Below the pieces are notes generated by a model, which saw only the letters and a list, made by a program, of their open reading frames with translations, ran no database searches and was not told the origin of the DNA. DNA of 63,811 nt, counting the filler, from Chiloscyllium plagiosum (lineage: Eukaryota): NCBI RefSeq assembly GCF_004010195.1. It is 3 parts of one record of this genome, joined end to end, with 100 filler letters (N's around TTAATTAATTAA, not from the genome) between each part and the next. Parts side by side here need not be neighbours in the genome. Positions count along the whole stretch, not along the records: positions 1 to 31,762 come from NC_057714.1; positions 31,863 to 58,936 come from NC_057714.1; 1 more part is not named here. One strand, written 5' to 3'. Below, one piece after another: positions 25,966 to 38,474 of this stretch (position 1 is the first letter of the stretch; every line of letters starts with the position of its first letter). The position numbers and the translations under genes are program-made.

Positions 25966-26149
25966 GATAATGCAGGAATTGTGCACAATTTTAGCAGAAG
26001 AGAGCAGGAGTCAACAATATTTTTTGTGGCCAAACCAGAACCAGCTATATTTGACTTCACCAGTTATCCACTTTCAAACCTATGAACCAAGGTTCAAAAT
26101 GCATGGATGAATGCTGAGTGAATCATCAAAAAGCACAGGAGAATTCAAT

Positions 26150-26330
26150 CATGGGCGTGATCAAAGAAAAGAGAGTGGAAGAAGATGCAGAGGGTGAAGA
26201 TGAGGGTGAGGGTGAGGGAAAGTAGGCAATGAGAAGGATCATTGGAGGGTAAGGACAAGAGAGGAGAAAGCTGCAAAAAGGGTGGAGAGAGGAGAAGATG
26301 GTGTGGAAGGCAGCAAAGAGGGAATAGTTT
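26150..26330. repeat. Purine (GA)-rich low-complexity tract
   Basis: gagggtgagggtgaggg, gaggagaa runs. Confidence 0.6.
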
Positions 26331-28371
26331 TTAAAATGTCAAAAAAAAAATCAGCTGATAGAAGCCAGGAAAACAAAATCACTGAAAGAATGAATTACTT
26401 ACAAATGAATATGGAGCCCTACTTTAAAAGTTGAATAATTTCAGCAGCTACTTGGGGAAAACACGTTGTGGACACTGATGTAATAAACACTGCGTCAATC
26501 TGGAGTTTAAGCCTGATATTGAGATCTGAGATGCAATAAAGGGGGAGGAACTGCCTGGTTAATATGTTTTGTAAAAGTGGTGAAAATGCATTAGCTATTA
26601 CCTCACCAGTGTGTGGAAGGTGTGTTTAGGATAATGGTATTTCCTTGGGTAGCAGTGTCATGTCAGTCATGCTGAATAAACTTAAGTTATGTCAACTGAT
26701 ATGGTGATGTTCAGGAAATTAATACTTTCAATGCAATGTTGTGGTTTTTAAGTTTAATGGAAGATTGACAATTATTTAAGATATTGATGAATTGTTTGAA
26801 TTCTGCTTCTGTGTGAATCCAAATTTTTCATATGTCAACATAAACACAAAAGATATTGTTACTATAAGACCTTATGGCCTAATAAGTTAATGAGAATAAA
26901 AAGGATACCCCTGAAAACCAATAAGTTGCTTCCAAACAAATCACAAAAAGAGTACCCTAGCCAAAAAAAAGTTCCTACTGAGCATCTTGGGTTTAAGGAA
27001 CTGAAGATAAGGCTATAGTGAGGGAATGTGATAGATTGGACAGAAGGCAGAAGACAGAAGGAAGATGTGAGGATGAGTGATGCAAGGAAGAAATAAAATC
27101 TAAGAAATAAGAATGAGAATTTTATGAATGAGATGCTGCTTACCTAGGAGACTCTGTAGGACAGGAAGCACAGGGTTGATGGGTTAATAGGAGTTGGTAA
27201 AATTAGGAGTATTATGGAGGGTAGAATATTCAAGGCTGGTCAAGATTTTTAAAAACTTCTTTCATGGGATGTCAGCATCATTAGTAAGGCCAACACTTGA
27301 TGCACATACTTAATTTCCCTCGAGGGTCAACAGTCAACCAAACTTCAATAACAGATGAGCTGTGAAATTGCAAGATGTCCTGAAGTTGAAATAACTGGTC
27401 TTAAATGATTACACAGAGAATTGGTCATAAGCTCATCTCAGCATTAAATATCATAGAGTCAAAGAATATGGCACCCAAAGCCAGTGAACAGATATAGGAG
27501 GTCTTGTGGTGCAGTAGGTGGCACCCCTAGTCTGGATTTGTGTCCAATGCCAGAGAAAGTTGCAGTCGCTCTCATCATTATTCCACATTTCAAAATTTCA
27601 ATATGCAATTGCAAGTGAATGTTGTCATAGCAACTTAGACTGAGTGATCTGTAAGATATCATCAGCATACAACAGATAAAACTGGTATTTTTAAAATGTT
27701 GAAACACAGTTGATTGCATTATTTGGACATAGAGTAAAATGTGTCATAAACTGTGTTAAATGACATGCTGCAAGATGTACCAATTGCTGTCTTTGTGGAA
27801 TTCTCAGTATTCAAATTACAGTGCATGCTGTTACTCACTGTACTCATGATTTCATTCAATTTAACCAGATGAACAATTTTAAAATTACATAAGCTGTAAA
27901 CAGTTTGGGGTAAACTTCTGGACCTTATTCACAAATTGTTATAATCAGTAAAAGTGCCAAAGTAGCTGAAACAATTGTTTTGATATTTTAAATAATGAGT
28001 TAATTCAAACTATTCCTGCCACTACTCAACATATAGCTGTTTCTTAAATGAATAATAACCTGTCTTAATCACTATTTCTTAAAGATTACAAGGTTCTTTG
28101 AACTCACAAGTAATGAATCATCATTAAATATCAAGAGTTGTGGAGCTGTGAATTTGTTGCATTGCTAATTTTTGGGACATAAAAGGTTGATTTAAAAAAA
28201 GCTGGAAAGAAGATCTTTCAATGCAAATGAGAACCTTTTCCAATTTAAATTAACCTTAATACAGTCGCTGAATCAATCACCAGAACAAAATAGATACCTT
28301 GGAGTAAGTTAAAGAAACAGAAATACACTTCATTGTTAACCCCATTGACCAAGTTACCAACTCTCGCACCT

Positions 28372-28490
28372 TGGGGACCCTCTTGTGACTCAGTGGTAGT
28401 GTCCCTACCCCTATAATCAGAGACCTGGTTTCAAGTTTCCCCTGTTCCAGAAGTGTGTAATAACATCTCTGAAAAAGTTGATTATAAAAA
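28372..28490 (+). mobile_element. Short tRNA-derived SINE remnant
   Basis: A-box-like tgactcagtggtagtg and B-box-like ggtttcaagtttcc; a weaker relative lies at ~27497-27560. Confidence 0.55.
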
Positions 28491-28899
28491 CAAGTCAAAC
28501 AAAAATAAGTAACTCTCCCATCTTTTACATCTGGTAAAAAGATTCAAAGGAGTACTTAAAGTGCATTACTTTCAAGGCAATGGGCCAAATATTGAAAAAA
28601 GTGGGACTAGTGTTGATTTAGAGTAATTTAGTCAGTGCAGACGTGATGGGCTGAAGGGCCTCTTCTGTACTGTGTGATTTAGATGGGGAAAGTAATCTGT
28701 GCTCAGATTTGTCTGTGTTTTGGTATGAGATAAAGACAGGCTTGCTTGGGATAACTTGCTATTTGATATCCCTGCCTCTTGGTTGGGAAGAGTTAACTTC
28801 ACTCAGAGAATGACCCAATATTGTGTGCCTGATTTCACGATAGAAGACCTTAAAAGCATCACATCAACAGGTCAGAAGGGAGGAGGAATTTCAAACAAT

Positions 28900-29825
28900 T
28901 ATTACAAGAGTGAAATACAGGCAAACTAATGAGATGACAATACTAACTAATGCCTGGACTTGATGGCCTTCTTCCCAGGGTCTTAACATAAGTGGTTGCA
29001 GAGGTAGTGCTTACAATGATTATATTTTGCCAAAATTCCACAGACTTAGGAAAGATTCTAGTAGTTTGGAAAAGTTCAAATGTAATGTCTGCATTCAAGA
29101 AAGGAAGGACACACTAAACAGTAATTACAAGTCACTTAGCTAAACATTTGTCGTTGAAAAAACTTTCAAACCCATTATTAATAATATGTAAAAAAACTAA
29201 AATGCAATGAAGAGGAGTCAATAGGTATCTGAACATCTTGATCCTTATCCATGTTGCCTTGAAGAATGAACTCTAATTAACTAAAAGAGTTCCTTTCTCC
29301 CCGCCTACCCGAAGGGATTCTGTTTTGTCCTGTTACCTGTGTTTGGGTTATTTAAAGGGGTAAACATTCATATATTCATATTACAAACTAAGTGTACTTA
29401 CCACCTTTGCATCTTCACTGAATAGATTTTCTCACATAATAAATCAAAAACTGCATCCCTATTAAATAAACCTGCTGGATGGATATTCTTATGTCTATCA
29501 CAGAGAAAACATAAAACTTGGTGTATTGGGAACCGGGGAAAACAATTAAATTATTACTCATGGAATAGTTAAACTAGAGAAAGATAGTGCACTCCTACCC
29601 TTACAAGAAACAATACATTTCCATGTAGGTACTAAAAGTAATTTGGGAGGTAAGTGGAATTATCATTTATTGAAAGGGGATGGAATATAAATGCCTTGAT
29701 ACAACCTCCATAGGGCTATGATGAGACAATACAGAGAATACTGCATTCAGTACTGGTCTCCATATTTATGAGGAGGAGATATTTGCTTTGGAGAGAATTC
29801 AGAGAATGCTCAGTAGATTGATTAA
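28900..29825 (+). mobile_element. Very old CR1 fragments with an unrelated internal insertion (~29280-29625)
   Basis: Degenerate equivalents of PGPDG and NYRP, plus the gaatactgcattcagtactggtctcc motif. Confidence 0.55.
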
Positions 29826-29829
29826 TATA

Positions 29830-30290
29830 ACAAAATACAGCACAGGAACAGGCCCTTCTGCCCATCACCCCTGCGCCGATTTGTAAGCCTTACTGAGACC
29901 CACTACTTAATGCCCATGCATGGTTTCTATCCCTCTGTTCGCATCCCATCCATGTGTCTCTCAAGCTACACCTTAAACGCTGCTAACATGCTTGCTTCAA
30001 CCACCTCCACTGGCACGGAGTTCCAGACACCCTCTGTGTGAAGACTTTTCCCTGCACTTCTCCGCTAAACTTGCCCTCTCTCATCTTGAGACTGTGCCCT
30101 CTTGCAGTTGACCTTTCCACCCTGGGAAAAAGCCTCTGACTATCCATCCTTTCTATGTCACTCATAATTTTGTAGACCACTATCAGGTCACTCCTCAGCC
30201 TCTGCCTTTCTAGTGAAAACAATCCAAGTTTATCCAATCTCTCCTCACTACTAAACCCTCCAGGCCAAGCAACATCCTGTTAAACCTTGT
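29830..30290 (-). mobile_element. CR1 3' end
   Basis: ORF 29983-30237: LGLFSLERQRLRSDLI...FTQRV. Confidence 0.9.
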
Positions 30291-30294
30291 CAAA

Positions 30295-31762
30295 GAGTCA
30301 TAGAGACGTACAGCATGTAAACAGACCCTTCGGTAGAACCTGTCCCCGCCGACTAGATATCCCAACCCAATCTAGTCCCACCTGCCAGCACCTGGCCCAT
30401 ATCCCTCCAAACCCTTCCTATTCATATACCCATCCAAGTGCCTTTTAAATGTTGCAATTGTACCAGCCTCCACCACATCCTCTGGCAGCTCATTCCATAC
30501 ACGTACCACCCTCTGCGTGAAAAAGTTGCCCCTTAGGTCTCTTTTATATCGTTCCCCTCTCACCCTAAACCTATGCCCTCTAGTTCTGGACTCCCCGATC
30601 CTCGGGAAAAAACTTTGTCTATTTACCCTATCCACGCCCCTCATAATTTTGTAAACCTCTATAAGGTCACCCCTCAGCCTCCAACACTCCAGGGAAAACA
30701 GCCCCAGTCTGTTCAGCCTCTCCCTATCGCTCAAATCCTCCAATCCTGGCAACATTCTTCTAAATCTTTTCTGAACCCTTTCAAGTTTCAGAACATCTTT
30801 TCGATAGGAAGGAGACCAGAATTGCACGCAGTATTCCAACAGTGGCCTAACCAATGTCCTGTACAGCCGCAACATGACATCCCAACTCCTGTACTCAATA
30901 CTCTGACCAATAAAAAGAAAGCATACCAAACGCTGCATTCACTATCCCATCTACCTGCAACTCCACTTTCAAGGAGCTATGAGCCTGCACTCCAAGGTCT
31001 CTTTGTTCAGCAACACTTCCTAGGACCTTGCCATTAAGTGTATAAGTCCTGCTAAGATTTGCTTTCCCAAAATGCAGCACCTCACATTTATCTGAATTAA
31101 ACTCCATCTGCCACTTCTCAGCCCATTGGCCCATTTGGTCCAGATCCTGTTGTAATCTGAGGTAACCCTCCTCCTTGTCCACTACACCTCCAATTTTGGT
31201 GTCATCTGCAAACTTACTAACTATACCTCTTATGCTCGCATCCAAATCATTTATGTAAATGACAAAATGTAGAGGACGGAGCACCGATCCTTGTGGCACT
31301 CCACTAGTCACAGACCTCCAGTCTGAAAAACAACCCTCCACCACCACCCTCTGTCTTCTACCTTTGAGCCAGTTCTATATCCAAATGGCTAGTTCTTCCT
31401 GTATTCCATGAGATCTAACCTTGCTAATCAGTCTCCCTTGGGGAACATTGTTGAACACCTTTCTGAAGTCCATATAGATCACATCTATTGCTCTGCCCTC
31501 ATCAATCCTCTTTGTTACTTCTTCAAAAAACTCAATCAAGTTTGTGAGACATGATTTCCCATGCACAAAGCCATGATGACTATCCCGAACCAGTCCTTGC
31601 CTTTCCCAATACATGAACATCCTGTCCCTCAGGATTCCCTCCAACAACTTACCCACCACTGAGATCAGGTCTATAGTTCCCTGGCTTGTCTTTACCGCCC
31701 TTCTTAAACAGTGGCACCACATTTGCCAACCTCCAGTCTTCTGGCACCTCACCTGTGACTAT
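30295..31762 (-). mobile_element. CR1 LINE RT and 3' end (runs into gap)
   Basis: SGVPQGSVL, KFADDTK, FFTQRVVRVWNELP; ctatgact tail. Confidence 0.95.
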
Positions 31763-31862
31763 NNNNNNNNNNNNNNNNNNNNNNNNNNNNNNNNNNNNNN
31801 NNNNNNTTAATTAATTAANNNNNNNNNNNNNNNNNNNNNNNNNNNNNNNNNNNNNNNNNNNN
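31763..31862. other. Assembly gap with artificial TTAATTAATTAA spacer (also 58937-59036); plain gaps at 37870-38039 and 56088-56587)
   Basis: N runs with an identical 12-mer in the middle of 100 bp gaps. Confidence 0.9.
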
Positions 31863-33075
31863 CTGCCCTCACTAGCTTGTAGCACTGGGAGTAATCCAGA
31901 TATTACTACCCTTGAGGACCTCCTTTTTAAATTTCTGCCTAACTCTCTGTAATCTCCCTTCAGAATCTCAACCTTTTCCCTTCCTATATTGTTGGTTCCA
32001 ATGTGGACAATGACCTCTTGCAGGCCCCTCTCCCCCGTGAGAACATTCTGCACCCTCACTGAGGCATCCTTGATCCTGGCACCAGGGAAACAACACACCA
32101 TTCTGCTTTTTCTCCGCTGGCCACAGAAACATCTGTCTGTACCTCTGACTACGGAATCCCCTAACACAATTGATCTCTTGGAAGCCGACATAACCCGCGT
32201 TGCATTAGAGCCAGTCTCAATACCAGAAACTTGGCTATTTGTGCTACGTTCCCCTGAGAATCTATCACCCCCTACATTTTCCAAAACAGCATACCTGTTT
32301 GAAATGGGTATATCCATAAAAGACTTCTGTCCTAGGTGCCGAACCCTCTTACCCTTCCTGGAGTTAACCCATCTATGTGACTGTATCTGAGACTTTCCTC
32401 CCTTCCTATAACTGCCATCCATCACCTACTGTTGCTGTTGCAAATTCCTCATCGCTTCTATCTGTCTCTCCAACCAATCCACTCGATCTGCTAAGATTCG
32501 CATCCAACATCACTTATGGCAGGTATAATCTGTAGTAACCCTTAAACTCTCTTTAAACTCCCACATCTGACAAGAAGTACATATCACTGTACTAAAGGCC
32601 ATTTTTGCTCCTTCACAATCTATAGATCCAAAAAATAACACCGTCTTATTCCTCTACAAAACACTGTACCAAGTTAAATTAATAGCTATGGCTTATATTT
32701 TAAGTTTAATTAAGAGACTTATCTCCAAAAACACATAATCAAGGAAGAACTCACTGTACTCACTAATACAGCCTTTCTCTTAGACAGACTTAAAACAACA
32801 ATTAACTTATCTGATTCTGTGTTATGAACTTCGCCCAAACCGGTTCCTCCAAGATTAGTTGCGAAATTCACTTTTTGTTCCAACGTCCAGCGACACATGA
32901 ATTCAAAAACAGCAAAGGCAGTAACTGTGCAGTTTCTCCCTCTCTCTCCTGCACTGTCCCCACCATGTACTTCCTTTGTCTGCTCTTCTCCCTTTTAAAA
33001 CTGCTGTTGTTTTGACTTTTCTTTCCAAAGTTCCAAAACAATGCAACAGCAATAAAAATAGTAATTGCTGCTCCT
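31863..33075 (-). mobile_element. CR1 5' UTR and ORF1 (SGNH esterase)
   Basis: ORF: VLGDSVVRG...CFPGARI...HIGTNNI...VISGLLP. Confidence 0.9.
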
Positions 33076-33183
33076 GGAATTCTCTGCACTCTCTCCAAAG
33101 CATCCATGTTATTCTGGTAGTGTGACAACCAGAACAGCATCAATATTCCAAATGTGACCTAACTAAAGTTTTATACATCTGTA

Positions 33184-33394
33184 GATGGAAATGTGTTGCT
33201 GGAAAAGCGCAGCAGGTCAGGCAGCATCTAGGGAACAGGAGAATCGACGTTTCGGGCATTAGCCCTTTCCTGAAGAAGGGCTAATGCCCGAAACGTCGAT
33301 TCTCCTGTTCCCTAGATGCTGCCTGACCTGCTGCGCTTTTCCAGCAACACATTTCCATCTCTGATCTCCAGCATCTGCAGACCTCACTTTCTCC
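33184..33394. mobile_element. Young fold-back family A element with intact hammerhead core
   Basis: Perfect ~83 bp arms. CTGAAGA 33270-33276, GAAAC-GTC 33290-33297. 15 bp TSD ttttatacatctgta at 33169-33183 and 33395-33409. Confidence 0.92.
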
Positions 33395-33689
33395 TTTTAT
33401 ACATCTGTAACATAACTAGCCAACCTTTAAATTTGATGTTATGGCCAATGAAGGCAACATGCTGTATACCTTCTTGACCAGCTTATTCACCTGTGTTACC
33501 ACTTTCAGGGATCTGTGGACCTGTACACCCAGATCCCTCTGTATATCAATGCTCATAAAGGTTCTGCCATTTATTGTATAGGATGAAAGGATTATATTTT
33601 GACGAAAGGCTGCACAGGTTGGACCTCTACTCACTGCAGTTGAGAAGAGTAAACATCGATCTTATTGAAACATATAGGATTCTGACAGG

Positions 33690-33817
33690 GAGGAGAAAGT
33701 GAGGAGTGCAGATGCTGGAGATCACAGTAGAGAGTGTGGTGCTGGAAACGCACAGCAGGTCAGGCAGCATCCGAGGAGCAGAAGAATCGACATTTCGGGC
33801 ATAAGCCCTTCATCAGA
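33690..33817 (-). mobile_element. Fold-back family A, single arm
   Basis: Minus strand reads ctgatgaagggcttatgcccgaaatgtc. Confidence 0.85.
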
Positions 33818-35679
33818 AGGGTCTCGGTGTAAATACTGAAAGGGGATCTTCTTGGGGATATCTAAAACTAGGAGGCACTTTTTCAGAATAAAGGGTCACC
33901 TATTAAAGGAATTTAAAGTCATAGAGTCATAGAGGTGTACAGCAGAGAAACAAACTCTTCTGTCCAACTCATCCATGCTGACTAGATATCCTAATTAATC
34001 TAGTCCCATTTGCCAGCATTTGGCCTATATTCCACCAAATCCTTCCTATTCACATACCCACCTTCTTTCAGAGGGTTGCAAATCTTTGGAATTTATATCA
34101 CAGGGAGCTATGACAGTTGAATTATTGAATACCTGTATATTCAAATTGTGAACTTTAGAGGGAATGAAAGGTTACAGAGAAAAGGCAGGAAGGCGATGAA
34201 GACGCCAAGAAAAGATTGACAATGATCTTAGTGAATGGTACAGCAGGTCCAAGTGGCCATATGGCTTCCTCCTGCTCATATTTTTTATGCTTCAGATAAT
34301 CTTTTCTTGGCAATGTGCCCCAAATGAGAAATTCAATACAGAAAAGGTAGATGAATATGCCAAAATCAAAACACACCTGAACTCGAGGTACTCAACAGAT
34401 GAGAAAACCCCACTTTAAAATTAAAGGTAATGGGTGTTTGAAATTCACAAAAAAGTCTTCCTTAATCTTATCAACACCAAGTTTGATATTAAGTATAAGT
34501 AAGAAACCAGAGACAATGTGCACACTTTAATTATTTTTTAAACAAGCTATTTGGATATATTTTGAAATTTTTTTTTACATTGATGAAACTTGCACAAGAT
34601 TTGCATTTCACGGATACTGCTAAAGCTCACATCTTTCAATCAACACAATTTTGACATTTATGGCTTCCAACATCTATTGATATATTTCTTAGATTATAAA
34701 GATTAAACAGCAAATTCATTGTATTTTAATCTGTAAAACTGTTAACTTTGAAGATTTTTATCGTCTTTTAATGTTACTTGAACAAACATCCATGAAAATA
34801 AATAATGTTCTCAAATGTTGCTGCAAACATAACTGCATGATATGGACTTGGAATTAACATGAAACAACTCTTTCACACAATAGAACTAGGTTTTATTAAG
34901 CTATCACAATTTTTTACAGTTCAGTGGAATACTTAGACAGAAATATCCCATTTGAAACCAAATAAAATAAACTTAAAATTGCAGCACTGTTTCTTCAGTT
35001 CTTTTAGACTTCTACACAAAACAACAATGTAGACCATCCCTTTCCAGGAACATGCAATAAATTTATCAAAGTGCTCAAAATCTGTCAGTTAAAAAGAAAC
35101 TGAGCCAAGGAGTAGATCCTAGTTAGCAATAAATCTGGATTGCTGTCTGGTAATTGCCTCAATCCAAGATTCTTGCTGCAATTCTTAATTAAGACCAATA
35201 TTACTTAATTGACTAACCAAGAGAACTTTCTTTAAAGGACTAAAAAAAGTTCTTTTGTTACACATGAAAACACCGGCAGAGTAATATCTATTACCAACTA
35301 GAGTGAGCTGAGGGCATTGTGAATTCACCACATGGTGTAGGACTGGAGATACATATAGCCAGACCAAATAGAGAAGGAAACTTGCAAAACCCTAAGAGTC
35401 AGAGTAAACCAGCTTGTTTATAACAGCAGTTCTCACGGTCACTTTCCGGTCTGAGCCTACAAACGATCACATCCACCAAATTTAATTTGTGAATTTCTGA
35501 CATGGAGATATGAACTAACAATGGATGCTAATACTATGATCAGTAAGTTATAGTACTTCATAAGGATCTGCACTGTTTCACACAAAATAAACGAACAAAC
35601 TTCCATCTCTATTGTTCATAGTAAATTACAACACGCAAGTTGGTTGTTCAGCCCAATGCATTTATGGTGGTTTTGAAAG

Positions 35680-36630
35680 AGTTATCCATTGAGTGAGTGA
35701 ACAAAAGTCTGGCAGATGGAGAACAATGTTGATAAATGTGAAGTCATCTATTTTGGTCAGAATAACAGTGAAATGGACAATTATTTGAACAGTAAAATAT
35801 TCCTGATGAAGGGCTTTTGCCCGAAACGTCAATTTACCTGCTTCTTGGATGCTGCCTGACCTGCTATGCTTTTCCAGCACCACTCTAATCCAGACTCGGG
35901 TCTCCAGCATCTGCAGTCCTCATTTTTACCTAGTAAAATAGTGCAGCATGCTGCTGTGCCAAGAGATCTGGGTGTCCTTGTACATAAATCATAGAAGATT
36001 GGTCTGCAGGTAATTAAGATGACAAATGGAATTTTGTCCTTCATTGCTGAAGGGATTGGATGCAAAAGCAGGGACATGATTTTGCAGCTGTACAGGGTGC
36101 TGGTGAGGCCACACTTGGAGTACTGTGTGCAGTTTTGGTCTCCTTACTTAAGAAAGGATGTACTGGCACACGAAGGAGTGAAGAGGAGGTTCACTAAGTT
36201 GAGTTTGGAGTTGAGGGGGTTGGCTTATGAAGAGAGACTGAGTAGACTGGGATTATACTCATTGGAATTTAGAAGAATATGGGGGGGATCTTATAGAAAC
36301 ATAGGAAATCATGAAAGAAATAGATAAGATAGAAGTAGGGAAGTTGTTTCCACTAGCAGATGAAACTAGAACAAGAGGGTCTAGCTTCAAAATTAGGGGG
36401 AGCAGATTTAGGACTGAATTGAGGAGCAAGTTCTTCACCCAAAGGGCCGAGTGAAGTAATTGAGGTTTCCTCCTTGAATGCTTTTAAGGCTAAGATATAT
36501 AATTTTTTGAGCAGTAAAGGAATTAAGGGTTATGGTGACAGAATGGGTAAGTAGCTTAGGCCACAAAAAGCTCTGACAAAGTAGGCTTGAAGGGCCAGAT
36601 GGCCTATTCCTGCTCCTGGTTCTTATGTCC
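35680..36630 (+). mobile_element. CR1 3' part
   Basis: ORF 36019-36327: LYRVLVRPHLEYCVQFWSP. Confidence 0.92.
35800..35931 (+). mobile_element. Fold-back family A single arm with intact hammerhead core
   Basis: ctgatgaagggcttttgcccgaaacgtc; TSD agtaaaata at 35791-35799 and 35932-35940. Confidence 0.85.
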
Positions 36631-37546
36631 TTATTTAGTCTTATTCTGTGATTTTTAGGCCCTAGTCCAGTATTCTTACACCACAAGTATTCATCTAATT
36701 CCTTTCATAAAGTACTACTAAATCTGCTTCCACTATCCTTTAATGAATTCCAAATTATAAACTGTTGCATTAAAAAAACTCGATGTTCCAACCACTCCTT
36801 TGCCAATTACCTTAAAATATTTCCCGCTAATTCTTGTACATCTATTGTATCCTCAGTTCACCAATTGGTTTGGGTACCCTCCCCAAAACTGAACAAAGCA
36901 AAAGGTTGTGCTTGTTGGGCTGAACAGGATTACCTAGACTTGCAATGTGATTTCATTGAAGCCCTGACCAGAAGTAGAAAATATTCATCTGCTTCGTGCC
37001 TTGAAGGAAGTATTTAAAAGTGAATTCAATCTGCAGTCATTAAATTCAAAGCCTGCATTTTAAAAAAATTCGCTTAAAAAAACACCTTCAAAATTTTATT
37101 CAGTAAATTTACACAATATAAAATGTCAATATAATTCAAGCTTTAGAGAAAGTATAAATTAGTTGTTTGGTACTTGAGCTTTGGTATTATGAACTTGAAC
37201 GACTGAAGACAGATATTTTGTCAAAGCTTTGCATTTTACACTTGTCAGGACAATTTGCAACAATATTAATATAAAGGAGCTCTACTGGATGAGCAACTAT
37301 ACTGATGAGAGTTGGATGCTGATTGGTTAGAAGTGTTGCCATGGAACTGCAACAATTAATAATTAACAGTTAAGTGGTAGGCTTTGTTTAAACTCAACAC
37401 CTATTTGGCTGATTCATCTCTCAGAGCAATGCCTCGACTAATCAAAGTTAAGCTGTCTGATTTAAAACTAAATAATGCCTGACTGTTAGCTGCCAATTAT
37501 TAGTTGTCGATCTTGTGGTTCTGTTCGCCAAGCTGGGAATTAGTGT

Positions 37547-37587
37547 TGCAGACGTTTCATCCCCTGTCTAGGTGACATCCTCAGTGC
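37547..37587 (-). ncRNA. Minimal hammerhead ribozyme motif (inverted Penelope arm)
   Basis: Minus strand reads gcaCTGAGGAtgtcacctagacaggggatGAAACGTCtgc. Confidence 0.75.
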
Positions 37588-38434
37588 TTGGGAGCCTCCT
37601 GTGGAGCACTTCTGTGATCTTTCCTCCGCCATTTGTAGTGGTTTGAATCTGCCGCTTCCGGTTGTCAGTTCCAGCTGTCCGTTGCAGTGGTCGGTATATT
37701 GGGTCCAGGTCGATGTGCTTATTGATTGAATCTGTGGATGAGTGCCATGCCTCTAGGAATTCCCTGGCTGTTCTCTGTTTGGCTTATCCTATAATAGTAG
37801 TGTTGTCCCAGTCGAATTCATGTTGCTTGTCATCTGCGTGTGTGGCTACTAAGGATAGCTGGTCGTGTCNNNNNNNNNNNNNNNNNNNNNNNNNNNNNNN
37901 NNNNNNNNNNNNNNNNNNNNNNNNNNNNNNNNNNNNNNNNNNNNNNNNNNNNNNNNNNNNNNNNNNNNNNNNNNNNNNNNNNNNNNNNNNNNNNNNNNNN
38001 NNNNNNNNNNNNNNNNNNNNNNNNNNNNNNNNNNNNNNNCAAAACCAACATAGTGTACAAAATCCCATGTAAGGACTGCACAAAACACTACATAGGACAA
38101 ACAGGAAGACAGCTAACGATCCGCATCCATGAACACCAACTAGCCACGAAACGACATGACCAGCTATCCTTAGTAGCCACACACTCAGATGACAAGCAAC
38201 ATGTGTTCGACTGGGACAACACTACTATTATAGGACAAGCCAAACAGAGAACAGCCAGGGAATTCCTAGAGGCATGGCACTCATCCACAGATTCAATCAA
38301 TAAGCACATCAACCTGGACCCAATATACTGACCACTGCAACGGACAGCTGGAACTGACAACCGGAAGCGGCAGATTTAAACTACTACATATGGCGGAGGA
38401 AAGATCACAGATGCGCTTCACAGGAGGTTCCCAA

Positions 38435-38474
38435 GCACTGAGGATGTCACCTAGACAGGGGACGAAACGTCTGC
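38435..38474 (+). ncRNA. Minimal type I hammerhead ribozyme motif of the Penelope element
   Basis: gca-CTGAGGA-tgtcacctagacaggggac-GAAAC-GTC-tgc. Confidence 0.8.

Larger units (their letters stand above)
33080..34270. mobile_element. Cluster of CR1 3' fragments in both orientations
   Basis: RDLGVQVHRSLKV on minus; plus-strand 3' fragments from ~33590. Confidence 0.75.

Noticed and set aside
31807..31818. TTAATTAATTAA palindrome (also 58981-58992)
   Set aside because: It sits identically in the middle of 100 bp N gaps, so it is an assembly spacer rather than biology.
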